Under the pieces are notes generated by a model that was given only the letters and a program-made list of their open reading frames with translations, was not told the origin of the DNA and did no database searches. A DNA stretch of 64,000 nt, from the NCBI GenBank assembly GCA_963754925.1, contig CAVWHX010000004.1:256001-320000 (forward strand), read 5' to 3'. This document shows positions 20,600 to 31,154 of this stretch, piece after piece; the first letter of the stretch is position 1, and every line of letters starts with the position of its first letter. The position numbers and the translations under genes were made by a program. The DNA is from an uncultured delta proteobacterium. GTDB taxonomy: Bacteria; Myxococcota; B64-G9.

Positions 20600-21901
20600 A
20601 TGTTTCAGATATTGAGCATCGCCGTACGCAGTCTCGCCCAGCACCGTCGGCGCGCCCTGCTGCTGGGAGGCGCGATCGTCGTAGCGACGGCGCTGCTCGT
20701 GCTGATGCAGGGACTCTCCGCCGGCATTCGCGAGACCATGCTGCGCTCAGCCACCACCCTGAGCACCGGACATATCAATGTGGGCGGTTTCTTCAAGGTC
20801 ACTCCCGGCATCGGCGGACCCTTGGTCACCGGCTATCGGAAAATATTGGACATTGTCCAACGCGAGGTGCCCGAGCTCGATTATGTCGTGGCGCGCAGAC
20901 GCGGCTGGGGTAAGCTGATCAGCGACCGTGGTTCTATCCAAGCAGGACTGGCTGGAATCGACATCCGCAATGAACCCGGCTTTCGTAACGTCCTCCACGT
21001 CCAGGAGGGAAATCTCGACGATCTTGCGCAGCCCAATACCATCATGTTGTTTGCCGGCCAGGCCAAGAAACTCGAGGTCACGGTGAACGACATCATTACC
21101 GTCTCCGCCCAAACGTCGAGCGGGACCAACAACACCGCCGACCTGCGCGTGGTGGCGATCTGCAACGACCTCGGCCTCATGAGCCAGTTTTCGGTTTTCA
21201 TCGCCGAGGAAACCGTGCGCACCTTGTATCAGCTCACCCCCGATTCCACCGGGGCGCTGATGTTGTACCTTAAGGACCTCAAGCAGATTCCGGCCGTCAT
21301 GGCTCGGCTGCGGACAACCCTCGAGAACCAAGGATATCGCCTGATGGATCATGATCCACGCCCCTTTTGGCTGAAGTTCCAAACCGTTACCGGCGAGGGG
21401 TGGACCGGCCAGAAGCTCGATTTGACCAACTGGGAAGACGAAACTTCGTTTTTAACCCGGATTCTGACGGCGTTGGACGCCATCACGGCGGCGTTAATCA
21501 CCATTTTGCTGGTGATTATCGTCCTGGGAATCATGAACACCCTCTGGATCGCAATCCGCGAGCGCACGCGCGAAATTGGCACGCTACGGGCGATTGGTAT
21601 GCAACGCAGCCGCGTCCTATGGATGTTTTTAAGCGAAGCCTTCCTACTGGGCTTCGGCGGGACCGTGGGGGGGGTTGGGCTGGGTGTCGTGACTGCCGAG
21701 GCGATCAACTCCGCTAAAATCACCGCACCCCTCGCGGTCCAAATGATTCTTATGTCCGATCGCCTGTCGTTCTCGATTCACCTCGGGCCGCTGCTCTCCG
21801 CCATGTTAATTATCACGCTAGTGACGACTCTGGCCGCGCTCTACCCTTCCTATCGGGCGACGCGGTTGCAACCCATCACCGCCATACACCACATCGGGTG
21901 A
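20600..21901 (+). CDS. ABC permease (FtsX/LolC/E-like)
   Basis: ATG 20600 after GAGGAG; ERTREIGTLRAIG; YPSYRATRLQP. Confidence 0.9.
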   Translation: MFQILSIAVRSLAQHRRRALLLGGAIVVATALLVLMQGLSAGIRETMLRSATTLSTGHINVGGFFKVTPGIGGPLVTGYRKILDIVQREVPELDYVVARRRGWGKLISDRGSIQAGLAGIDIRNEPGFRNVLHVQEGNLDDLAQPNTIMLFAGQAKKLEVTVNDIITVSAQTSSGTNNTADLRVVAICNDLGLMSQFSVFIAEETVRTLYQLTPDSTGALMLYLKDLKQIPAVMARLRTTLENQGYRLMDHDPRPFWLKFQTVTGEGWTGQKLDLTNWEDETSFLTRILTALDAITAALITILLVIIVLGIMNTLWIAIRERTREIGTLRAIGMQRSRVLWMFLSEAFLLGFGGTVGGVGLGVVTAEAINSAKITAPLAVQMILMSDRLSFSIHLGPLLSAMLIITLVTTLAALYPSYRATRLQPITAIHHIG

Positions 21902-21904
21902 TTC

Positions 21905-22699
21905 ATGCATAGCCACCTTCGATTCATACGTTGTGTTTTGCTCGGCCTTGCCGGTATAGCATCAACGGTACCGGTTCAGGCGGCCTCGCTTAATCACGAC
22001 GAACAGATTGCTCTCCTTAAATTAGTCGACGACCGCCAGAAAAACAGTGGTGATTACAAGTCCTTTGTTTATATCGAGCGCAAGGAGCGCGATAAAAGCG
22101 ACATCGTTCAAGAATTGCTGGTTTTTCGACGCGACAACGATGAGAAACTGATGCTCCTGTTTACTAAACCCAAGTCCGAGCAAGGCAAGGGGTACCTGCG
22201 GATCGACAAAAATCTTTGGTATTACGATCCCAGCGTCGGCAAATGGGAGCGCCGCACCGAGCGCGAACGCATCGGCGGCACCGATTCGCGCCGAGCCGAT
22301 TTCGATCAATCCAAATTGGCAGTGGAGTACGACCCTCGTTACGTGGGCGAGGAAAAGCTCGGGGCTTTCACGGTGCACCACCTTACGCTCAAGGCCAAGA
22401 CTGATGTGGACGTGGCTTTTCCGGTCATCCAGATATGGATCGACACCGCCACCTCGAACGTACTCAAGCGCCAGGAGTTCGCGTTGTCGGGTAAGCTCAT
22501 GCGCACCTCGTACTACCCAAAATGGAAGAAGCTCTTCAGCGATTCGAAAAAAGCCGATGTGTGGTTCCCTCAAGAAATGCGTTTCTTTGACGAAGTGGAT
22601 AAGGCAAACTCGACGCTGGTGCTGATTAAGGAAGTCGATCTGCGTCCACTCGATGCTAATATGTTCACCAAGGCCTGGTTGGAAAGCAAGAGCCGATGA
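21905..22699 (+). CDS. outer-membrane lipoprotein-sorting protein (LolA-like)
   Basis: Signal peptide; F.KP..E.GKGYL..D.NLW.Y.P, IGGTD...DF; operon context. Confidence 0.8.
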   Translation: MHSHLRFIRCVLLGLAGIASTVPVQAASLNHDEQIALLKLVDDRQKNSGDYKSFVYIERKERDKSDIVQELLVFRRDNDEKLMLLFTKPKSEQGKGYLRIDKNLWYYDPSVGKWERRTERERIGGTDSRRADFDQSKLAVEYDPRYVGEEKLGAFTVHHLTLKAKTDVDVAFPVIQIWIDTATSNVLKRQEFALSGKLMRTSYYPKWKKLFSDSKKADVWFPQEMRFFDEVDKANSTLVLIKEVDLRPLDANMFTKAWLESKSR

Positions 22700-24230
22700 A
22701 AACCATCCTGAGAGTAAGCTTGTTTATGGTTCTTCTGAGCTTGCCGGTCAGCGCAAAAGATAACGCGCCGGCCGCCGGTCAAAAACCAAGCACTTCTGCG
22801 CCTTCGACACCCGACGACACGGATCAAGCGGCGCGGCCACCAGAGAACGATCTCTTTCAGCCCGATTCTCAAGAACCTGCCTTATCAAAAACCGCCGGGC
22901 CGGAGGATCCGCTCAAGATAGGCGGTGTTTTTTACCTGCGCATGCTCGGCGACGCGCGGCAAGGTCAGAGCATCCGCGACTACAGTTTCTCGGTGCCCAT
23001 GCTGGCCGACATTTACCTCGACGCGCGCCCCAACGATCGCGTACACGCGGAACTCGTCGGGCGGATCACGTACGACCCGACCGGCAATTCATTTCAAAAT
23101 ATCATGATGAATACGATACCAAGCTCAACAATAGGGTCCAGTTCAACCTCTTCTTCGAGCTCATCTCCCAGTCCGCAGTTTATCCTCAACCAACTGTGGA
23201 TTCGGTTTGACATTGCCCGGACGGTCTTCGTCTCCGCCGGTAAACAAAACACCAAGTGGGGCAGCGCGCATTTTTGGAACCCGACCGATTTTCTCCAGCC
23301 GGTGCGCAACCCGCTCGAGCCGTTTGATATCCGCACCGGCACGAGCATGTTGAAATTTCACCTGCCCTGGGAGAAATACGGATGGAACTTCTACGCCGTC
23401 GGCCTGCTCGAGAAACCGACGCCGCTCCAAAGCCTGATCGCTCAGACTCAGAACCCATCGACCCAATTTACGACATTCACCCTGGGAAATCTTGGCGGGG
23501 CCGTGCGGGCTGAATTCGTACTCAGCACATTCGAAATTGGCGCCGACTTTGTCGCCCGCGGCGGCCAGCGGCCCAAGTATGGGTTTGATATGTCGGCTGG
23601 CCTGGATTCGCTGCTTCACGTACCGATCGACATTTACGCCGAGATGGCCCTCAGAAATGGCAGCGACACTCCACGGTATCGTCCGTCTCCACCGGCTGAA
23701 CAACTGTATCCTATCGAGATAGGATACCCTAACAATCCGAATGAAATTACTCCACAGGTCTCTTGCGGGCTGAGCTGGGAAGCTCTCTACAACGATAAAA
23801 ATCAGATAATAATCGGCGCCGAGTACTTTTACAATTCACTGGGATACAGCGACGACAAACTATACCCTTGGCTCATCGCCAATAACGCTTTTCAGCCTTT
23901 TTATCTGGGCCGGCATTATGCGGCACTATATGTAAGCCTCCCGAATCCTGGTAGCTGGAACAACACTATTTTTACCCTAAGCAGTATCGGCAATCTATCG
24001 GACAAGTCCTTTGTTATTCGTCTCGATTACTCGGTGCCGTATTAACCTACCTGACGATCGAGGCATATGTTGCAGGTTACCTGGGCCACGCGGGTGGCGA
24101 ATTTCGCTTCCGAATCAACACACCCGAAATAAATTACCCAGACAATATTAATCCAACAATAACCGTCCCCGCGTTCAATCTCCCCGTTCCAATCGTTGAT
24201 GTGGGCATAAGCCTTAGGATCGATATCTAA
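22696..24230 (+). CDS. probable outer-membrane beta-barrel protein, frameshift near 24036
   Basis: Signal peptide, GKQ..KWG..HFWNPTD, alternating beta-strand pattern; the shifted frame continues VLTYLTIEAY...VDVGISLRIDI to a stop at 24230. Confidence 0.7.
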
Positions 24231-24245
24231 AAATAGGCGAGCTGC

Positions 24246-24650
24246 TCAGCGACTCCAGTAGCGTGCCTGCTTCGGCAACACCCACCGAACGCCCCCGCGT
24301 GGGTCGGGGCTGTCGCCCCTATGCCGTGGAATGATGTGAATGTGGGCGTGCGCCAGGAGTTGACCGGCCGCCAATCCGTCATTAACCCCGATATTGAACC
24401 CATCGGGATGGTGGCTGTCCTGGAGTTTCTGGCGCACTTCGCACGCCAATCCCCACAGCGCTTTCAATTCCTTCGTTGGAATGTCGAAGACTGATGCGAC
24501 GTGGCGCTGCGGCACCACCAGAGTATGCCCGAGGCCAACGGGATTGGCATCCAAGACGGCATATGCGTATTCGTTCTGCATCCAAACCTTGCCGGCCATC
24601 ATGGCGCAGAACGGACACATCTTTTCTTTTTCCGGTTCAATGTTCAACAC
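24246..24650 (-). CDS. HIT family hydrolase
   Basis: CPFC, GHTLVVP.RH, DGFNIGVNDG.AAGQ, HAHIHIIPR; true start near 24620-24650. Confidence 0.9.
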   Translation of the reverse strand: MLNIEPEKEKMCPFCAMMAGKVWMQNEYAYAVLDANPVGLGHTLVVPQRHVASVFDIPTKELKALWGLACEVRQKLQDSHHPDGFNIGVNDGLAAGQLLAHAHIHIIPRHRGDSPDPRGGVRWVLPKQARYWSR

Positions 24651-24941
24651 GGGTACAACCCCCACACCAACCGGATCAAAATTTTCAAACGTCACGTTAT
24701 AATGGCCACACTGGGACACCCTGCAGGCACAAAAAGTATAGTAGACCGAAACGGTCTTTTCTTGCAAGCAAAATCTACAGTGCAAAAAAGGCCGGAAAAT
24801 ATAAACTATTTTGTAATCGCATCCGACAAACGTGGTGCCTATTATTTCCAATAGTGCTTCACGAACAGGGCGGTTTGACACCATACCGACCAAAATGATA
24901 TCTTTAGCAACAGTGTAATCTACCTGGAACGGAGCCCTATC

Positions 24942-25169
24942 ATGAAAGAGCGAATCGAAAAAATCATCGAAGAAAAAATCCGTCCCTATCTCGAAGCGGA
25001 TGGCGGCGGCGTTGAATTTGTTGATTTTGATGAATCCACCGGGATCGTCAAGGTGCGCCTGCGCGGGGCCTGCGCTGGTTGCCCCGGAGCGCAAATGACT
25101 CTTTCTATGGGTGTGGAGGCCATGCTCAAGGAAGAAGTTCCCGAGGTTAAAAAGGTTGTAGCGATTTAG
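24942..25169 (+). CDS. NifU/NfuA-like Fe-S cluster carrier domain protein
   Basis: IRPYLEADGGGVE, LRGACAGCP, TLSMGVE. Confidence 0.92.
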   Translation: MKERIEKIIEEKIRPYLEADGGGVEFVDFDESTGIVKVRLRGACAGCPGAQMTLSMGVEAMLKEEVPEVKKVVAI

Positions 25170-25271
25170 AGCCCGTTAGCGAACGCAGTGAGCTTACGGG
25201 CTCTTATCCCTGGAGCGCAGCGACAGGGGTTAGAGACTGCAACTCGCTCCGTTCGCAACATTCTCCTATCC
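25166..25271. repeat. two tandem TTAGAG...CTC(T/C)TATCC hairpin-like units
   Basis: 25166..25209 (stem AGAGCCCGT/ACGGGCTCT) and 25230..25271 (TTAGAGACTG...TTCTCCTATCC); same ends as the unit nested in hemD at 7712..7755. Confidence 0.65.
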
Positions 25272-25292
25272 GTTGTTAAAAAAGACAAGTGA

Positions 25293-26435
25293 ATGAGCTC
25301 GCAGCGACTGACATTCCTTCAGATAGCATCACCCGAGATCGACGCTGATATATACTACGCAACTCGGTTCGCAGCTCCCGACCCCGTAATCCTGATAGAG
25401 CACCACGGCCAAAAGATCCTGGCGGTGACTGATTTTGAGCGAGATCGAGCTCGCCAGGTTGCGACCGTCGATACGGTTTGGCCGGCTTTGACGGTGGCGG
25501 CCGAAGACGCCAGACGGAGGCGCACAACCCCCGATCTGACTCCCAGCGGGCTCGCTGCAGCGGCTCTGCGCAAACTCAAGGTCTCCCTCGTGGAGGTGCC
25601 GGCGAGCATGCCTATTGGCTTCGTTGAACGCTTGCACACCATGGGGTTTAAACTGCATATTCGCTCCGAAGATAAATTTCCCAAGCGATTGACCAAAGGT
25701 CCCGACGAGGTGCGGGCCATCGTCGCTGTTCAGCGAGCCACCGAGCGGGCTATGGCGGCGGCGGCGAGCATGTTACGGGCGAGCCGAGTCGTCGGCAGGG
25801 AGCTTCGGTACGCTGGTAAGCGTCTGCGCGCAGAAGATCTGCGACAAGCTATACAGAGCACGTTACTGGAGCGCCAGTGCATCGGCGCGCATACCATCGT
25901 GGCGGTGGGCAACCAAGCGGTTGACCCTCACGAGGAAGGTCACGGGCCCATTCGGCCGGGTCAACCGGTGGTGATTGACATCTTCCCCCGGTCGATGCGC
26001 ACCCTGTACTTTGCCGACATGACTCGGACGCTGGTTCGCGGCCAACCCCAGCCTGCGCTGGTCGCCCAATATCGTGCGGTATTGAAAGCTCAGAACAAAG
26101 CGCTCTCGCTTATTCGGCCTGGGGTCATGGTTCGCGCGGTACACCAAGCGGTGCAGCAGGTGTTTGCGGATCAGGGATTTGTCACGGGAGAACAAAACGG
26201 GCGCCTGCAGGGCTTTACGCACTCTACCGGCCACGGCGTCGGACTTGAAATCCACGAGCCACCCCGGATCGGAGTCGCGCCTGAGAGCGTGCGCTTTCGC
26301 GCCGGCATGATAGTCACGGTCGAGCCGGGACTCTATTATTGTGGGGTCGGCGGTGTCCGGATTGAAGATCTCGTTTTAGTAACTCGTCAGGGCATTCGCA
26401 ACCTGACCCGCTATCCTAAAAAACTAGTGGTATAG
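25293..26435 (+). CDS. Xaa-Pro aminopeptidase (M24 family)
   Basis: YFADMTRT, HSTGHGVGLEIHE, TVEPGLY, GVRIED. Confidence 0.92.
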   Translation: MSSQRLTFLQIASPEIDADIYYATRFAAPDPVILIEHHGQKILAVTDFERDRARQVATVDTVWPALTVAAEDARRRRTTPDLTPSGLAAAALRKLKVSLVEVPASMPIGFVERLHTMGFKLHIRSEDKFPKRLTKGPDEVRAIVAVQRATERAMAAAASMLRASRVVGRELRYAGKRLRAEDLRQAIQSTLLERQCIGAHTIVAVGNQAVDPHEEGHGPIRPGQPVVIDIFPRSMRTLYFADMTRTLVRGQPQPALVAQYRAVLKAQNKALSLIRPGVMVRAVHQAVQQVFADQGFVTGEQNGRLQGFTHSTGHGVGLEIHEPPRIGVAPESVRFRAGMIVTVEPGLYYCGVGGVRIEDLVLVTRQGIRNLTRYPKKLVV

Positions 26436-26468
26436 TGTCCTCATGATACGTTGACGGGGAGACAGAGC

Positions 26469-27414
26469 ATGCACGAGAAACTGAGCCGACGCGATTTTTT
26501 TTATAAAAGCATTTCAGCGACTGCCGCGCTCGCACTGACTAAAATCGGCGGCCGCGTTAACGTCGCTCGAGCGGCTTCGAGCACACCCGTATTGGCAAAA
26601 ATCTCGGGCGCCGGGGTGCCGGAAAATCTCTCCGAGGCCGTCAAGAAGTTGCTTTCGCCCTGGGGCGGCATGGCCGCTTTCGTAAAAAAAGGCAACAGGG
26701 TTCTGACTTAAACCAAATATTGCGTTTCCAAGCCCACCGGCTCAACGAGCTACCACCTCCCCTGCGTTGGTCGCAGCAGTGGCTCGGGAGGTTCTTGCCT
26801 GTGGAGCGAGCAAGGTGCTGGTCATGGACAACCCGGTGCGTCGCCCCGAAGCGTGCCTGAGGGCTTGTGGTTTCGTTGAGGCGCTTAAGGACCTCGGGAT
26901 CGCGGTGATACTGCCGACCGGTGAAAACTTTTATACCCCGGTGGAGATCCCCGGCGGTAAGTCGCTCAAGAGAACAAAAGTGCTCAAGGAAGCGTTGACC
27001 GTTGACGTCCACATTGCCCTGCCGATTGCCAAGTCGCACATGGCTACGGGATTCACCGGTGCATTGAAGGGAATGATGGGCTTGATCCACGAACGTGAGA
27101 GTTTTCACTCTGCGCTTGAGATCAATCAAGCCATCGCCGACCTGTGCACTATCGTGAGACCTCACTTGACAATTTTGGACGGGCTCATCGTGCTGGCGAG
27201 TGGCGGCCCGTTGGGACCGGGTGAGCTCATCACCCGCAACACGCTCGTGGCAGGCCGGGATGCGTTGGCGGTTGACGCCGTCGGGGTAAGCCTCGCGCCG
27301 CTGTATGGCAAAGATATCAAGCCAAGGCAAATCAAACATCTGCTTCTCGCCGAGGAGGCCGGCGTCGGTAAAATAGACGTGCCGTCTGAGCAAACGGCCT
27401 CATTGACCTTGTAA
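26469..27414 (+). CDS. DUF362-family protein with Tat signal, frameshift near 26707
   Basis: SRRDFF Tat motif; the corrected frame reads VLLKPNIAF..ATTSP; KSH...TGALK.MMG, D.LAVD. Confidence 0.8.
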
Positions 27415-27435
27415 CATAGGATTTATCTGATTATA

Positions 27436-28893
27436 TTAAAGTTTAACCTGCTTCCACTTGCCCTCGTAAAACTTCAACGCCATGACCGATGACAAGAGCA
27501 CCACGTAAACGGCCGCCGCCATCCAGGTGCCCAAAAGCCCCAGGCCGAGTTTCACGCCGAGCAGATAGGAGAGCGGGATAAGGCACACAGTGTGCAAACA
27601 CAATTCTGCTACCATGACAAAGTGGGTGTTGCCGGCTCCATAGAGGGCCTGGACCAATATCATTCCGGCGCTCATCAGCGCCGTTGTTGATGCGATCAAA
27701 CGGGTGGGCGCCATAGCCACCTCGATCACGTTTCGTTTGTCGGTAAAAATTCCCAGGAAAAATTCTGGCTTGAAGACCATTATGATACCCAACAATCCCA
27801 TAACATACATGCCAATCTTCGCTGATTCCCAACCGTAGCGTTCGGCGAGGTTGAAATTTTTTGCCCCCATGCTCTGGCTGACCAGGGTGGCAGTGGCGGT
27901 GCCAAAAGCCATCGAGGTCATGATAACCAGCATCAAAAATGAAATGAGTATCGTTGAAGCGCTGGTAGCCAGATCGGGCGCCAGTAAATCAATATTATAG
28001 AGAACCGGCCCAAGCACCGGGATAAAGCCAAGCGGGGCGAGAATCTTGGGCGTCGGTTCGAGATGGCCGCATACCCACAAGAAAAATTGAAATCCGCTCA
28101 TGACGAAGATGGTCGCCAATCCCGACGGTACCGACAGCCGGACGATCTCCCAGCTCAGCACCGAATTGAGGTTGCCTCTCCGAACGTATCGGTACCGTTT
28201 TCGTATGGTCGATTTGAGAGTCCAACCACCCATGATTACCAAGCCAATATAAGTACTTATTACGGTCGCCCAGGCAGAACCTGCCACTTCCAGTCGCGGG
28301 AAACCCCACAGACCAAATACCAGCGCAAAGTTGAGTAAAATATTGATAACATTCATAGTAATCGAAGCGGTCATATGAACGTATGTTTTGCCTATCCCAT
28401 CGAAAAAAGCTTTCATGCTCATGGTGGCAACCATCGAGAGCACGCCCAACATCCGGATGCGGCAGAATTCGGAACCAAGCCGGACGACATTCGGGTTAGG
28501 GTTAAGCAATTTAAAGAACTCGGGAATGAATAGATAACCGAGTATCGACACGAGCGCCCCGGTGATCCACGCGATGTTCAACGAGTTGGTCAAGACCTTA
28601 CCGGCTTCCTCGGGAAGTTGCTCGCCTATTCGCCGAGCGGTGACCGATTGGGTGCCAACAGAAATGGCCGAGAAGAATCCGCCAATTGCCCAAAAAAGCG
28701 GCATCGCAATCCCAATCCCGGCCACCCCATCAATGCCGGTAGAGCCGGGGAGGTGGCCTATCAGGATGGCATCCACCATATTAACGGTAGTTTGGGAAAG
28801 CATACCCAAGACCACTGGTATCGCTAATACAGAGATTTTCTTTGCCAGGATTCCGTCGATCGCTAACTTCATCAAAGATCCTCGCAGCTTCAT
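27436..28893 (-). CDS. MATE family efflux transporter
   Basis: LAIPVV...VD..LIGHL, GLWGFPRLEVAGSAWAT, about 12 TM segments. Confidence 0.9.
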   Translation of the reverse strand: MKLRGSLMKLAIDGILAKKISVLAIPVVLGMLSQTTVNMVDAILIGHLPGSTGIDGVAGIGIAMPLFWAIGGFFSAISVGTQSVTARRIGEQLPEEAGKVLTNSLNIAWITGALVSILGYLFIPEFFKLLNPNPNVVRLGSEFCRIRMLGVLSMVATMSMKAFFDGIGKTYVHMTASITMNVINILLNFALVFGLWGFPRLEVAGSAWATVISTYIGLVIMGGWTLKSTIRKRYRYVRRGNLNSVLSWEIVRLSVPSGLATIFVMSGFQFFLWVCGHLEPTPKILAPLGFIPVLGPVLYNIDLLAPDLATSASTILISFLMLVIMTSMAFGTATATLVSQSMGAKNFNLAERYGWESAKIGMYVMGLLGIIMVFKPEFFLGIFTDKRNVIEVAMAPTRLIASTTALMSAGMILVQALYGAGNTHFVMVAELCLHTVCLIPLSYLLGVKLGLGLLGTWMAAAVYVVLLSSVMALKFYEGKWKQVKL

Positions 28894-29121
28894 CGGGTCA
28901 ATGGCCTGCGCAACTTACTGCGAACGCAACGGTAACGCAAACAGATTATTTTTAACTGATAAGATTTTTTTATTGACAAGGCGTGGTGAAAGGGCTAAGT
29001 GCAGCATACAATTTCTCCGCGTTCTTTAACAAACCAGTAAGGGTGCTTCCGTCTTTTACCCAAGCTCATAGACATTGGGGCGACGGTCATCGAGGCGGTT
29101 CTTTCCAAGGAGGATGAACAC

Positions 29122-29955
29122 ATGAGAAAACTCTCAAAGTTATGTTGTTGGGGTCTGGTTGGGGTGTTTGCACTGGCGTTTGCCATGGTTGCAACCGGTT
29201 GTCGACCGACCTTCCCAAAGTGCCGTAACAGTGATGATTGCAAGTCTGAGAAGGGCAACAGTTCCTTACTCGTATGCGTCAACGGCCAGTGCCAGGAATG
29301 CGCGCTGGATGCCGACTGCCCCCAGGATCGCCCGCACTGTAAAGACAATCGGTGCATGGAATGCATCGGGGATAAGGACTGCCCAGAGGGTAAATATTGC
29401 AAAAATAACCAGTGCAAATGGGAGTGCGAGATCGATAGCGACTGCCCCGCTGGAAAGGTTTGTAAGGATCACAAGTGCCAAATAGAATGCGAAAAGGATG
29501 AGGACTGCAATAACCCGGATCTGGAGTGCAAGGACCAGCGCTGCGTTCCGAAATGCCAGTGCCGTTCAGATTTAGACTGCACCGGCGGTATGATGTGTCG
29601 GGATTGCAAGTGCGTTGAAAAATCTGCGTGCAGCGTCGAACCGATATATTTTGACTTCGACCGCTACGATATACGTTCTGGCGATCGCACCATCCTTGAT
29701 CAGAACGTCACCTGCATTAAGTCACGCAATCTCAAAGTACAGATCCAGGGCAACTGCGACGAGCGTGGCACCGAGGAATATAACATCGCCCTTGGCGAGC
29801 GACGCGCTCAGGGAGCCAAAAAATATCTACAAAGCCAGGGCATCAAAGCGAACCGGTTGTCGACGATTTCCTACGGCAAAAACCGGCCGGTTTGCAATGA
29901 ATCAACCGAGGATTGCTGGGCGCGAAATCGCCGAGATGATTTTGTGGAGAAGTGA
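29122..29955 (+). CDS. pal: Pal/OmpA-family lipoprotein with Cys-rich repeats
   Basis: Lipobox ATGC; tandem C-x3-DC-x5/6-C-x4-C repeats; IYFDFD, GNCDERGTEEYNIALGERRA, ISYGK, NRR. Confidence 0.85.
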   Translation: MRKLSKLCCWGLVGVFALAFAMVATGCRPTFPKCRNSDDCKSEKGNSSLLVCVNGQCQECALDADCPQDRPHCKDNRCMECIGDKDCPEGKYCKNNQCKWECEIDSDCPAGKVCKDHKCQIECEKDEDCNNPDLECKDQRCVPKCQCRSDLDCTGGMMCRDCKCVEKSACSVEPIYFDFDRYDIRSGDRTILDQNVTCIKSRNLKVQIQGNCDERGTEEYNIALGERRAQGAKKYLQSQGIKANRLSTISYGKNRPVCNESTEDCWARNRRDDFVEK

Positions 29956-29983
29956 CCTAGGCGCGGACCGATAAACAGTATCG

Positions 29984-30017
29984 AGAGCGGAGCCTGACCG
30001 TGGGTTCCGCTCTTTTT
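29984..30017 (+). terminator. rho-independent terminator after pal
   Basis: AGAGCGGAGCC...GGTTCCGCTCT stem followed by a T run. Confidence 0.75.
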
Positions 30018-30105
30018 CATTGGGCATAACTATTCACGGCGTCGTGTTATAGATATAGTGGGGTACGCGGTGTTAAGACTCAAGACATATCTATGGGGTG
30101 CACCA

Positions 30106-30953
30106 ATGAAGTTTCTACCACTATTGATGGTATGCCTCGCCCTTACCAGCGGCTGTTGGATGAATAAAGAGGCTGGCGAACGTATGCAAGCCAACCTTGA
30201 GGGATTACAGGCCGAATTCGAGGTGGTGAAGAAAGCGCACGCCGCCGAGAAGGCTCAGCTACAGCAACGACTCAAGGAAGCCGACGAGCGCATTATTGAG
30301 TTGCGCCGGCTCATCGATGATTTCCAGCAAGCAACCGGTCGCAGCGCGGCAGATATTGGAGTGGACATCGAGAAGATCAAATCACAGATCATGGAGCTTC
30401 GGGGCCAAATTGAACTCATGCAGCACACGATCGATATGACCACAAAACAGCCTTCAGGAGCGCCCTCTTCTTCGTCGCAACCTACGGATCAAAGACCCAA
30501 AGTGGAGATTGTAAAAACCACCAACAACACCGACCCTCTGGCCGGCATTAAGAGGCCCGAGAAGCAAGATGAATTTTACAAACTTGCCGCGGGGATGCTC
30601 GAAGCGAAGCAATCGCAAGCAGCCCGTATGCTCTTCGATGAGTTCATCAAGAAATGGCCAACCAGCCCCTACGCCGGCAATGCGCTCTTTTGGATCGGTG
30701 AGAGCTACTACATCGAGAAGGACTACCGTGATGCAGCCATGAGTTTTCAGCAAGTGCGCGAAAAATACCCAAAGGGGATTAAAGCGGCAGATGCGCTCCT
30801 GAGACTAGGCTACTGCTTCGCCGCCATGGAGATGTACAGTGAGGCGTTGCCGTTCCTCAAGGACTTCGTGCAGACATATCCAAAAAACCCTAGCGTCGCA
30901 AAGGTTAAGAAAAGATCGAGGAGGTTGAGAAAAAGATTAAAAAGTCAAAGTGA
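30106..30953 (+). CDS. cpoB: Tol-Pal-associated coiled-coil/TPR protein (CpoB/YbgF), probable frameshift near 30910
   Basis: Lipobox-like TSGC, coiled coil, AGNALFWIGESYY, KAADALLRLG; downstream of pal; corrected end KIEEVEKKIKKSK stops at 30953. Confidence 0.8.
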
Positions 30954-31154
30954 CTCGTACCGCTACTTCTTCGGAGAGAAACCTCCCCCATCTGAGAATA
31001 CTGATTTTTTTTCACACAATCTGGCCTTTTGGATTATTTTTCGGGTACAATTGTACTGGGAGTGTAAACAACGGGGAGCAAAGATTTGACAGGAGGCTCA
31101 CCGGGGATATAGAGCAGAAATAATCTGCATCCGTGCGTAGACAGAGGAAAAGAC

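Noticed and set aside
24651..25094. Long N-terminal extension of the HIT ORF
   Set aside because: Overlaps the NifU-like gene and its promoter on the other strand; the HIT domain starts near 24650.
29200..29640. Possible CRISPR or tandem DNA repeat
   Set aside because: The periodicity is at protein level (Cys repeats); there are no identical nucleotide repeats with spacers.
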